From: Bacillota bacterium | GTDB taxonomy: Bacteria; Bacillota; Clostridia; Oscillospirales; Ruminococcaceae | Direction of reading: 5' to 3' | Assembly (NCBI GenBank): GCA_023421245.1 | Contig: JAEZTV010000015.1 | Location: 24,360-88,359, forward strand | Length of the DNA stretch: 64,000 bases | In this document: piece after piece, positions 1-7,913 of the stretch | Layout: every line of letters begins with the position of its first letter | Numbering within the stretch: the first letter of the stretch is position 1 | Translations under genes and position numbers: made by a program | The notes under the pieces: model-generated | Told to the model about the DNA's origin: nothing | The model's database searches: none | What the model saw: only the letters and a program-made list of their open reading frames with translations

Positions 1-879
1 CTGTTCGATGATAAAGTGATAATCCCCCTCGCGTACAAAGGTCTGCACGTCGTCACCGGCCTTGGCCATAATGCGCTCGAAGTTGACATACGGCACCTGA
101 GAGTCTTCAGTCGAATGCATCAGCAGTGCGGGGCGGCCATCTAGCTTTTGTATCTCGTTTAGCGGATGAATCTGTATCATATCACTGCCGTAGGTGAACA
201 GGCAGTTAAGCCATACAAACGGTTTTTGCACGGCAATATATGCAGAGGGCAGACCCATAAGGCTCATCATATCACAGAACATATCGGGCAGCGTGGAAAA
301 TGCAGAACAGCTGATTAAGCCGTCCAGCTCGGGGATCCGGCCAATCGCATTGATGGCGGTGGTGCCGCCCATTGAGGTGCCCCACACAACTACCGGTAAT
401 TCATCATACTTACCATCCAAGTAGGCGACGCCCGCCTTAACGTCGAGATACTCGTTCATGCCAAAAGCGATGGTATCTCCTTCACTTTCACCGTGTGCGC
501 GCATCTCAATGAGCAATGCGCCGTAGCCGTTGTCGCGCAGCATCTTTGCGTAGCCGAAGAAGCCCGTAACCGAGGGGTTTTGGATGCCCGAAAGCAGAAT
601 GACCGTCGCTTTGGGCGATTCGGGCATAACCTCCCACGCGGCAATGCTAAGCCCATCTTCGGTTTGCAGGGTAATGCGTGTGGCATCAACGCCAAACTCC
701 GCGGCCTCGTAGAAGCTCATGGAGGCAGGACGTCCGGTCAGGTCGCCCATTACCAGCACGGGAATCACGCAGAGAAAACCGATTGCAACAGCTAAAATCA
801 CGGCAGATAATATGATAAGGATACGCATAAGCAGCTTGCGCTTTTTTGCGCGCGGGGGCTTGGTTGTTGCAGTAGCCAT
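1..879 (-). CDS. membrane-anchored alpha/beta hydrolase (C-terminus lies beyond window start)
   Basis: Absent from the ORF track because there is no in-window stop. My reverse-strand translation from ATG 879 reads MATATTKPPRAKKRKLLMRILIILSAVILAVAIGF... (N-terminal TM helix). It contains a GTSMGG nucleophile elbow (G-x-S-x-G) and a later acidic/His region. GAAGG RBS upstream. Confidence 0.75.
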   Translation of the reverse strand, partial: MATATTKPPRAKKRKLLMRILIILSAVILAVAIGFLCVIPVLVMGDLTGRPASMSFYEAAEFGVDATRITLQTEDGLSIAAWEVMPESPKATVILLSGIQNPSVTGFFGYAKMLRDNGYGALLIEMRAHGESEGDTIAFGMNEYLDVKAGVAYLDGKYDELPVVVWGTSMGGTTAINAIGRIPELDGLISCSAFSTLPDMFCDMMSLMGLPSAYIAVQKPFVWLNCLFTYGSDMIQIHPLNEIQKLDGRPALLMHSTEDSQVPYVNFERIMAKAGDDVQTFVREGDYHFIIEQ

Positions 880-904
880 AAGGTACCTTCTTTCGATTGA
901 ATAA

Positions 905-2932
905 TTATTCACAGGTGCTCTGCACCAGATTGCGTTCGGCGGGTGAAAGCTCAAACAAATCCATAATCACATCGTCAATGTGCTTGGTCAGTGTGCTGCG
1001 CAGTGCCTGGCATTTCGCACCGAGTACCTCATCCACCAACGCGCATACATGGGCGCCGGACTGCGGATCGGGCAGCGGAATTGGAACCATCTCGATGTGG
1101 CTGCGCAGAACCTTGACCGATTGGAACTTATTTGTAAAATAGAAATGCGCTACCGAGCTGTTGAGCACGGCGAGAATATATTTAATGGGGATATCCGCAA
1201 AACGGGGGATGAGGATATTGCAGCTGTTAAGCGATAGGGTCTGCTTATCGTCATAGGCAAAGCAGAGTGAGGAGGAAACAAACTTGTACAGCAACTTTTC
1301 GGGCGCGCGGTAAAACCGTTCGGGCGCTACCTGTTGAAATCGTTCAGGCGCGAACCTTAAAAATGTTTCGGGTGCGCGGTAGGTATAGGTAAGCAGGTCG
1401 GTGCCGCGCAGCACCGGTTCCATTTCGCGGTAGCGGCGGTTTTTGACATAGGTTTTGTTGTCACCCGTGACAATACCCAGCGCAAAATCGGCATTGCCGG
1501 CAAGCGTGGTCGCATTTTTCAGGGTATCGAGTTTGATTACAAGATTGTTTTTCTCATCACTCACAGTAAAATTGAACACGTTTGACCCGCTCAGCCTTGC
1601 GGGGGAGATGGAATAGATATCTCCGCCGTTTTCCACCTCAATCGGCGGGCGGTGGCAGCGACCGGATGCCTGCCGTTTGCGCAGGGTTATTGTAATGGTG
1701 GGGGCATATACCTTATCAAAGATATTGCGCCAGTACTTAACGCGCAGAATATCACAGTGGTGTGTTACAAAGCCGCGCAGGTGGTCGTGCGCCATCACGT
1801 TTAAAAACGATTGCGGCAGCACATAGCATACCGTGCCACCCGGCTTACAAGTGTGAATTGCCTTGAGCAGAAATACTGCGAACGACTCAACGTGTACCGA
1901 TTCGGTGCGTGCAAACCGGTTGCGCAGCTGCTCTTTATATGTGTCGTCGTACGCGCTGCCCCAAGGCGGGTTTGAGATAATAAGGTCAAATGTTTCGTCC
2001 TCAAAATCAAACAGGCTGTCGGTTACCTTTAGGTTGCGGTAGAGCACAGCGGTATCGGAAAGCCGTGCGGCGAGGGTAAGGTTAACACGCGCAAGGCAGA
2101 TGCTTACAGGGTCGATATCTGCCGCGAACAGGTTCTCTGCAATCAGCGCCTGCGCATCAATTCCGCGGTTACGCGAAGCAAGGATATGAAAGATATTCAT
2201 TAAAAAGTTGCCCGTGCCGCAGCAAGGGTCGAGAATACGCCTGCCTGCAAGGCTGCCGTTGTCATCCAGGTAAACGGCACAGTCCTCTGCAATGCGTTTG
2301 GGGGTGTAATATACCCCTTCGGTCTTGCGTTTTGCAATACTGCTGATCGACATGTACAAAAGACCCAAGAAATCCTCGTTGTCTATGTATCGAATCTCCT
2401 CGCATAGCGCGGCGTGTGCGCGTGTAATATCCTGTTCGGTAATCGGTCTGCCCAGCATATCGTCAATCAGCTTACGGTAGGTAGCGACAAGTGCCCCGTT
2501 TTGCAGGTAGTCAAGCAGTATTACACTGCCCGTACTGGGGATAAGCCCGCGGCTTGCAAGCAGTTTCATCGAGTATTCGGCAAGGATAAGCCGCATCAGC
2601 TCGTCACCGCCGCCAAGGGTGTCAAAACACGCGATGATGCGTTTTGCGGCATCGGTATACTCCTTGTTGGCAACATAGCCCGCCGGTACGACGTTTCCGG
2701 TATGCTTGGTTTTGTTGCGCCGTCTGGTTAAGCGGTCGCTTTCGCCGCTTTGAATGCTGCGCACGAGTGCCTGCACATCATTTTTTGCAAAGCAAAGCTT
2801 GCGCTGCCCTGTTTTTACGGGCTTGAGCTTGCCGTTTTTTACCCAGTTGCGCGCCGTTGCCTGCGAGATCATCAGCACCGAGCAAAGCTCTTCTATCGTG
2901 AGGATATCATCGTGCGCCGTATTTATACTCAA
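905..2932 (-). CDS. N6-adenine DNA methyltransferase (gamma-class, Eco57I/TaqI-like target-recognition region) with N-terminal MerR/excisionase-type HTH
   Basis: ORF 905..3025. Motif I DPCCGTGNF, motif IV NPPWG, N-terminal HTH (LTIEELCSVLMISQATARNWV). Start placed at in-frame TTG 2932 with GGGGGAAAA RBS 6-7 nt upstream. The longest-ORF start 3025 would overlap the HD gene by 62 nt. Confidence 0.85.
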   Translation of the reverse strand: MSINTAHDDILTIEELCSVLMISQATARNWVKNGKLKPVKTGQRKLCFAKNDVQALVRSIQSGESDRLTRRRNKTKHTGNVVPAGYVANKEYTDAAKRIIACFDTLGGGDELMRLILAEYSMKLLASRGLIPSTGSVILLDYLQNGALVATYRKLIDDMLGRPITEQDITRAHAALCEEIRYIDNEDFLGLLYMSISSIAKRKTEGVYYTPKRIAEDCAVYLDDNGSLAGRRILDPCCGTGNFLMNIFHILASRNRGIDAQALIAENLFAADIDPVSICLARVNLTLAARLSDTAVLYRNLKVTDSLFDFEDETFDLIISNPPWGSAYDDTYKEQLRNRFARTESVHVESFAVFLLKAIHTCKPGGTVCYVLPQSFLNVMAHDHLRGFVTHHCDILRVKYWRNIFDKVYAPTITITLRKRQASGRCHRPPIEVENGGDIYSISPARLSGSNVFNFTVSDEKNNLVIKLDTLKNATTLAGNADFALGIVTGDNKTYVKNRRYREMEPVLRGTDLLTYTYRAPETFLRFAPERFQQVAPERFYRAPEKLLYKFVSSSLCFAYDDKQTLSLNSCNILIPRFADIPIKYILAVLNSSVAHFYFTNKFQSVKVLRSHIEMVPIPLPDPQSGAHVCALVDEVLGAKCQALRSTLTKHIDDVIMDLFELSPAERNLVQSTCE
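1290..1380 (-). repeat. imperfect 21-24-nt tandem repeat (4 units) inside the methyltransferase gene, encoding APETF/APERF/APERF/APEKL
   Basis: ttcgggcgc / ttcgggcgc / ttcaggcgc / ttcgggtgc recur at 1298, 1319, 1343 and 1367. The protein reads YRAPETFLRFAPERFQQVAPERFYRAPEKLLYKF. Confidence 0.7.
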
Positions 2933-2963
2933 ACGGTTTTCCCCCTTTGCCTCGGGATGGCAT

Positions 2964-3548
2964 TTATTTTGCGCGCACCGCCGAGGTGCCTTGTTCGCGC
3001 AGATAGGTGGACTCAAGGTCGGCAAGATGCAGCTTGACGGCGAGTGGGTACTTCTCGTACGCGTTACTTACCCCAAAGCCGCCGCCGCGTACCGATTCAT
3101 CAAAGCCGCCCATATGCCAGCGAATGGCGATGGCCTCCACGGGTTTTAGGCGTAAAAACCGCTCAACCAAAAACACTGATTTTTCGCCATGCCCGAACGG
3201 AAAGGCATCCTCGATGGAGTAGTAGGGAACCTGCTCCCACTGCCCCAGCTCGTTTTTTACATTGCGGGTGGAGGTTTTATAAAACTGCGCCTTGCACAGA
3301 TCATGCAAAAGTCCGCAGATGGCAAAGCTTTCGGGGGAATCGGTCGCGCTCTCGAAGTGTTTTTCCATCAACAGCTCATATACCTTAACGCTATGCTGCA
3401 CCAGTCCGCCTTCACAGGCACAGTGGTACTTGGTGCTGGCCGGTGCGGTGAAAAAATCGGTAGTCTCCATCCATTTTAAAAGATCCTGCGCACCCTCGCG
3501 GTGAATGTTGGCCGTATAATGTTCGATGAATTTCTGCTTGTAAGACAT
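2964..3548 (-). CDS. HD-domain metal-dependent phosphohydrolase
   Basis: 194 aa. Has H...HD (VQHSVKV ... LLHDLCK) and downstream H/D residues (GHGEKS, RWHMGG). AAGGAGAT RBS before the ATG. Directly upstream of, and co-oriented with, the methyltransferase. Confidence 0.8.
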   Translation of the reverse strand: MSYKQKFIEHYTANIHREGAQDLLKWMETTDFFTAPASTKYHCACEGGLVQHSVKVYELLMEKHFESATDSPESFAICGLLHDLCKAQFYKTSTRNVKNELGQWEQVPYYSIEDAFPFGHGEKSVFLVERFLRLKPVEAIAIRWHMGGFDESVRGGGFGVSNAYEKYPLAVKLHLADLESTYLREQGTSAVRAK

Positions 3549-3756
3549 ATCGTAATCTCCTTTGTGTGGTTGATGGCGAATTTTATGGTGCGTGCCGGGC
3601 GCATATCATTCTCCCGCTCAAGCGCGGCTGCCGGTTTATTCCCAACGAACAGAACGGCACCCGAATATCGTACGATTGATAACCGCCGTAAGCGGTGAGC
3701 CGCTGCGCATAAAGAGTATAATATCCCTTTGCCACAGGCGGGGCATAGAAATAGAC

Positions 3757-3785
3757 GTATAATATCCGTCTTGCGGATATTATAC
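3757..3785. repeat. 12-bp perfect hairpin GTATAATATCCG/CGGATATTATAC; a third GTATAATATCC copy lies at 3716..3726
   Basis: Read directly. It creates TATAAT hexamers on both strands. On the minus strand the context is TGGTATAAT (extended -10). Confidence 0.7.
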
Positions 3786-3812
3786 CATAAAGAAGTGTTA
3801 ATGCGCTACCAG

Positions 3813-3840
3813 AACGCCCCAAATGTATGGGCGTTTTTTT
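3813..3840 (+). terminator. rho-independent terminator with no annotated plus-strand gene upstream
   Basis: AACGCCC-CAAATGTAT-GGGCGTT followed by TTTTTTT. Confidence 0.7.
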
Positions 3841-3846
3841 ATATGT

Positions 3847-3875
3847 TTGACAGAACATGGGCTAAAGGATATAAT
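3847..3875 (+). promoter_or_regulatory. sigma-A-type promoter of the TetR operon
   Basis: TTGACA (3847-3852), 17-nt spacer, TATAAT (3870-3875). Confidence 0.75.
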
Positions 3876-3918
3876 AAAACTAAACTGATAGTCCAGTAAA
3901 TAGAACGGGGGTATAGCA

Positions 3919-4566
3919 ATGGGCAAAAAGGAAGCGCTAAAAGAGTTTCACAAGGAAAATATTCTATGCGCCGCGGAACGGTTGTTTGAAGAACGTGGGT
4001 TTCGTGAAACCACAATGGATGAGATTGCGCTCGCGGCAGATTACAGCAAGGCAACGATTTACGTTTATTTTAAAAGTAAGGATGAAATCTTTAACTGTCT
4101 TGTCTATCAGGCAATGCGCATGCTGCTTGAAAAGATTGAATCGGCAAAAAACAGCAGTGATAATGCCGTTGCCCAGTACAAGGCGATCTGCACACAGCTA
4201 TCCTCATTTAATGAGCGGCACCCTTTTTATTATCAAAGCCTGATGCAGACCATTCAAACGGACAGTGAGAGCCGTACCAAGTTTACGGTTCTCGGCGATA
4301 TTTATCAGGCTGGGGAACAAATAAATAAGGTAATAGAAGATGTAATACGCAACGGTATCCGTCAGGGTTTTTTTCAAGAGGATGTACAATGCCTGCCTAC
4401 CGGATTTTTGTATTGGGGCGCACTTTCCGGCATAATACAGCTTGCGGATTGCAAGGCCGAATACATAGGCCAAAATATGGGGATGGATAAAAACACCTTT
4501 TACGAGTTCTGTTTTTCCATGCTGCTGAAGATGGTTTTAAAAGAAGGGGTAAGCTATGATGGATAA
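3919..4566 (+). CDS. TetR/AcrR family transcriptional regulator
   Basis: N-terminal TetR HTH (ILCAAERLFEERGFRETTMDEIALAADYSKATIYVYFKSKDEIF). 215 aa. Confidence 0.9.
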   Translation: MGKKEALKEFHKENILCAAERLFEERGFRETTMDEIALAADYSKATIYVYFKSKDEIFNCLVYQAMRMLLEKIESAKNSSDNAVAQYKAICTQLSSFNERHPFYYQSLMQTIQTDSESRTKFTVLGDIYQAGEQINKVIEDVIRNGIRQGFFQEDVQCLPTGFLYWGALSGIIQLADCKAEYIGQNMGMDKNTFYEFCFSMLLKMVLKEGVSYDG

Positions 4567-5116
4567 TAAGGCGTTACTAATTATCGGAAGTCCCAACCGG
4601 CAAGGCGTTACCGCGCTGATGTCAGCGTATTTCAAGGAGTGTCTGATCCAAAAGGGATGGGAGTGCCGCTCGGTATATCTGTATGATATGAGGATAGAAC
4701 CGTGCAGGGGATGCATGATGTGCCGCAAAACAGGGGTTTGCACCATACGCGATGATGCGGACCTGTTAAGGGAAAGTATGCTTGCAAGCGGCATGGTTAT
4801 GCTCGCGGCCCCGACATACTTTGCCAATGTACCGGGGCCTGTCAAGACGATGTTTGACCGTTTATCCGGAGCGGTGCTCGACGGCATAAAACCAAGGCTT
4901 GGCAGACAGCATAAATATGCCCTTCTTACCGCCTGTACCACACCCGCGCCGCTGGACTGGGTTGCGGGACAAAGCAGCGGAGCAATACGGGCGATGAAGA
5001 CGTTCTTTGGTATGGCGGGGATGTCCTATTGCGGGAAGGTTGTATATGCGGGGGCCGGCGGCGGAAAACCTTTGACGGAGAAACTCAAATCAAAAATCAG
5101 GAGGCTTGCTGTATGA
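4556..5116 (+). CDS. flavodoxin-like fold NAD(P)H-dependent FMN reductase family protein
   Basis: LLIIGSPNRQGVT ... CRGCMMC ... AAPTYFANVPGPVKTMFDRL, typical of the iron-sulfur flavoprotein / FMN reductase family. Overlaps the tetR stop. Confidence 0.75.
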   Translation: MMDNKALLIIGSPNRQGVTALMSAYFKECLIQKGWECRSVYLYDMRIEPCRGCMMCRKTGVCTIRDDADLLRESMLASGMVMLAAPTYFANVPGPVKTMFDRLSGAVLDGIKPRLGRQHKYALLTACTTPAPLDWVAGQSSGAIRAMKTFFGMAGMSYCGKVVYAGAGGGKPLTEKLKSKIRRLAV

Positions 5117-5517
5117 AGCGGATAAAATGGATTCTTGCCATCACCCTTATTCTCTTCTTCGTTGCCGCGGTTATATTGCTGGCGGGTTATCTTTTATCCG
5201 TCAAACGCTATCAGGCCGCGGTTGGGGATATAAGCTATCATCACGTCGACGCCTCGGGTATACCGGATGGAACCTACACCGGCGAATGCGATGTAACGTT
5301 CATCTATGCAAAGGTAAACATAACGGTAAAAGACGGAGTGATAACGAAGATTGATCTGCTGGAGCACCAAAATGAGCGGGGCAAAGCCGCCGAGGGGATT
5401 GGGCAAGAGATTGTAGCTCTGCAAAGGATTGATGTAGACGCGGTGGCAGGGGCGACCAATTCAAGCACGGTAATTAAAAAGGCAGTGGACAACGCATTGT
5501 CCGCCGCCATTTCATAA
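5113..5517 (+). CDS. FMN-binding domain protein, membrane anchored
   Basis: AGGAGG RBS 8 nt before ATG 5113 (ORF-track start 5029 is over-extended). N-terminal TM helix. C-terminal VDAVAGATNSSTVIKKAV FMN_bind motif. Confidence 0.8.
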   Translation: MKRIKWILAITLILFFVAAVILLAGYLLSVKRYQAAVGDISYHHVDASGIPDGTYTGECDVTFIYAKVNITVKDGVITKIDLLEHQNERGKAAEGIGQEIVALQRIDVDAVAGATNSSTVIKKAVDNALSAAIS

Positions 5518-5521
5518 AAGG

Positions 5522-5565
5522 CAACCGGCTGCTTTCATTTGGCAAAGCAACCGGTTGATTTTTTA
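5522..5565. terminator. bidirectional intrinsic terminator between the FMN-binding gene (+) and mscL (-)
   Basis: 14-bp stem CAACCGGCTGCTTT/AAAGCAACCGGTTG, with T-runs on both strands. Confidence 0.75.
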
Positions 5566-5678
5566 AATGATAAAGCGGTACGCGATGTCGTACTGCGCCG
5601 CAGCCGCTGCCCGCTTCATCTATGTTTGGGACGACCTTGAACCATTCTTTGTAGACAAGAGCGGAAGGAACCCCCACG

Positions 5679-6143
5679 CTATTTGTTTTTAAGCAGATCA
5701 CGAATCTCTGTTAGCAGTGCTGCTTCGTCCGAAACCGTTGGCGCGGGCGGGGGTGCGGGCTGTTCCTCCTTTTTGCGGCGCAGGCGGTTGATGAGCTTTA
5801 TCATCAGGAACACCACCAGAGAAATGAGCAGAAAATCGATGATAGTCTGTGCGAATGCACCATATCGAATACTGACCTCTGCCTCGGTTCCCGCTGTGTC
5901 CGGGAAGGTGTACAGAATCTCTGTAAAATCAATGCCCTTGATTAAGTAACCAATGATTGGCGTTACGACATCCTGCACAAGTGAGTTGACAATCTTGGTA
6001 AATGCGCTGCCGACAATAATACCAACCGCCATATCCACTACGTTGCCGCGTGCGATAAACTCTTTAAACTCGCCGGCAATCTTACCTTGTTTTTTGATGC
6101 TATCCTTTACCTTGTCGATATCGAGCTTTGGTTGAAAATCCAT
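5679..6143 (-). CDS. mscL: large-conductance mechanosensitive channel
   Basis: FKEFIARGNVVDMAVGIIVGSAFTKIVNSLVQDVVTPIIG is the canonical MscL N-terminus. 154 aa. GAAAGGA RBS. Confidence 0.95.
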   Translation of the reverse strand: MDFQPKLDIDKVKDSIKKQGKIAGEFKEFIARGNVVDMAVGIIVGSAFTKIVNSLVQDVVTPIIGYLIKGIDFTEILYTFPDTAGTEAEVSIRYGAFAQTIIDFLLISLVVFLMIKLINRLRRKKEEQPAPPPAPTVSDEAALLTEIRDLLKNK

Positions 6144-6181
6144 ACGGGTGCATCCTTTCTTGTCTGAGTATTTTGTGCCGT

Positions 6182-6931
6182 CTAGTGAATCTGCTTGTTT
6201 ATTTCACGCAGCATCTGCATGGTACCGGGCGCCGGACGTGAGCGTACAATATCAATGCGCATTCCCGTGGCCTCCATTTGATCGGCATGGTAGACATTCC
6301 AAACGAGCGGGTGGTGCCCTTCTTCGGGCATGAAGGCAAGCAACGGTGCAAGCAGGTCGCCGAGTTCCATCCAGTCATCCTGTGCCGTAAGAAATACGCA
6401 GACGAGTGTAGGCCACTTGTGCCGGTCAAGCTCCAAAGTATTTACATCACGGGCAAACGCCTGCGGATCGATATCCTCATACCATAGGGTGTGGTGTGCC
6501 ACTGTACGGGCAGGATCAAACAGTGCACGCAGCTCGGCGGTATCCAGGTCGAGCAGGTGGGGGCAGGTGCATATGCGCGCTATCAGATTCATCAGGGGGA
6601 CTGTCGCTTCGGCGGCATCCTCCTTGTCGATGGTAAGGATACAGCTGCATTTGTGCTTGAGTGCTTTTATCAGCTCCGGCGGCGCTGGGTTTGCGATAAT
6701 TACGAACACCTCCTGCGCCTTGCAACGGTCGAGCACGCGGTCAAGCAGTGCGATATCCGGCAGGCTTTCGCCGTCTGCAACAAGGCAGACACAGGCCGAT
6801 TGCTCACAGCCATCAATGTCCTCTTCGCTGTGGATCATCTCATACCCATCACCAAGAAAGGCGACCGCATATTCCCCCACCCCAAAAAACATCATGTCCT
6901 CAGGGCGGCAGATGCCAGATAGAAACTCCAT
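6182..6931 (-). CDS. hypothetical protein, collinear with the FtsZ/tubulin fold but lacking the GGGTGTG signature
   Basis: Start moved to ATG 6931 (GTGAGGT RBS; the track start GTG 6943 lies inside the RBS). See the finding for segment-by-segment similarity to FtsZ. Confidence 0.6.
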   Translation of the reverse strand: MEFLSGICRPEDMMFFGVGEYAVAFLGDGYEMIHSEEDIDGCEQSACVCLVADGESLPDIALLDRVLDRCKAQEVFVIIANPAPPELIKALKHKCSCILTIDKEDAAEATVPLMNLIARICTCPHLLDLDTAELRALFDPARTVAHHTLWYEDIDPQAFARDVNTLELDRHKWPTLVCVFLTAQDDWMELGDLLAPLLAFMPEEGHHPLVWNVYHADQMEATGMRIDIVRSRPAPGTMQMLREINKQIH

Positions 6932-7093
6932 AATAAACCTCACTTTGCCGGTGCTTGGCCAGCATCTTTTTAGTATAGATTATAGCACAAACGCATATAA
7001 AAAGCTTGCCCATTTCTCTTGCGAGAAAGACACATTGATTGACGGCGCAACACATTTATTAATAATATGTGCCTATATTACCCCGCGGGCAAT

Positions 7094-7138
7094 TGCTATA
7101 ATAATGTTTGCTAAACAAACCGATTTTCGGTTTGTTTA
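7094..7138 (+). promoter_or_regulatory. extended -10 promoter (TGCTATAAT) followed by an 11-bp 5' stem-loop upstream of the ABC genes
   Basis: TGcTATAAT at 7094-7102. Hairpin TAAACAAACCG-ATTTT-CGGTTTGTTTA at 7112-7138. Confidence 0.5.
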
Positions 7139-7208
7139 CGCGACTTGAAAACTTTATGTCTTCGATTTGTTCAGTGAACATTAAAATAGTAATAAGGATG
7201 GGAACCGG

Positions 7209-7913
7209 TTGACAAACATTGTAGTCTTTGAAGAGGTGCGCAAAAGCTACCGCATGGGTGAGGTGACGATCCATGCCGCGGACGGCATCAACCTCACGAT
7301 TGAGCGCGGTGAATTTGCGGTAATTGTAGGGCCAAGCGGTGCGGGCAAAACCACCGTGCTTAATATGCTTGGCGGCATGGACACCTGCGACTCGGGCAGG
7401 ATTCTTGTGGAAGGCGAGGACATTGCCGCCTACAGCCCCAAACGACTCATTGCCTATCGCCGCTATGATATCGGCTTTGTGTTTCAGTTTTACAATCTTG
7501 TGCAGAATCTCACAGCGCTTGAAAACGTTGAGCTTGCCGCGCAGATCTGCACCAATCCAATACCGGCAGCAGAGGTGCTGCGGGAGGTGGGGCTTTCGGA
7601 GCGTCTGAACAACTTCCCCGCACAGCTATCGGGCGGTGAACAGCAGCGTGTTGCGATTGCGCGCGCACTTGCAAAGCGCCCTAAGCTGCTGTTGTGTGAC
7701 GAGCCCACCGGTGCGCTTGATTACAATACCGGTAAGACCATCCTGAAGCTGCTGCAGGACACCTGCAAAAACCTCGGCATTACGGTGATTGTTATCACGC
7801 ACAATCAGGCAATTACCCCCATGGCCGACCGCATTATTAAGATGAAGAACAGCCGCGTGCAGGAGATGGTGTGCAACAGCAATCCGGTTGACGTGGAGAA
7901 GATTGAATGGTAG
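7209..7913 (+). CDS. ABC transporter ATP-binding protein (MacB/LolD/FtsE-like)
   Basis: Walker [10 protein letters not shown], signature LSGGEQQRV, Walker [12 protein letters not shown] start with AAGGATGGG RBS. Confidence 0.9.
   Translation: MTNIVVFEEVRKSYRMGEVTIHAADGINLTIERGEFAVIVGPSGAGKTTVLNMLGGMDTCDSGRILVEGEDIAAYSPKRLIAYRRYDIGFVFQFYNLVQNLTALENVELAAQICTNPIPAAEVLREVGLSERLNNFPAQLSGGEQQRVAIARALAKRPKLLLCDEPTGALDYNTGKTILKLLQDTCKNLGITVIVITHNQAITPMADRIIKMKNSRVQEMVCNSNPVDVEKIEW

Noticed and set aside
3583-3858. 91-aa minus-strand ORF and 65-aa plus-strand ORF (3501-3698) in the HD/TetR spacer
   Set aside because: No RBS and implausible composition. They span promoter, hairpin and terminator elements.
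6330-7148. 272-aa plus-strand ORF overlapping the FtsZ-like gene
   Set aside because: Ser/Arg-rich composition and no RBS. It runs through the promoter region. The minus-strand frame has an RBS and protein-like composition.
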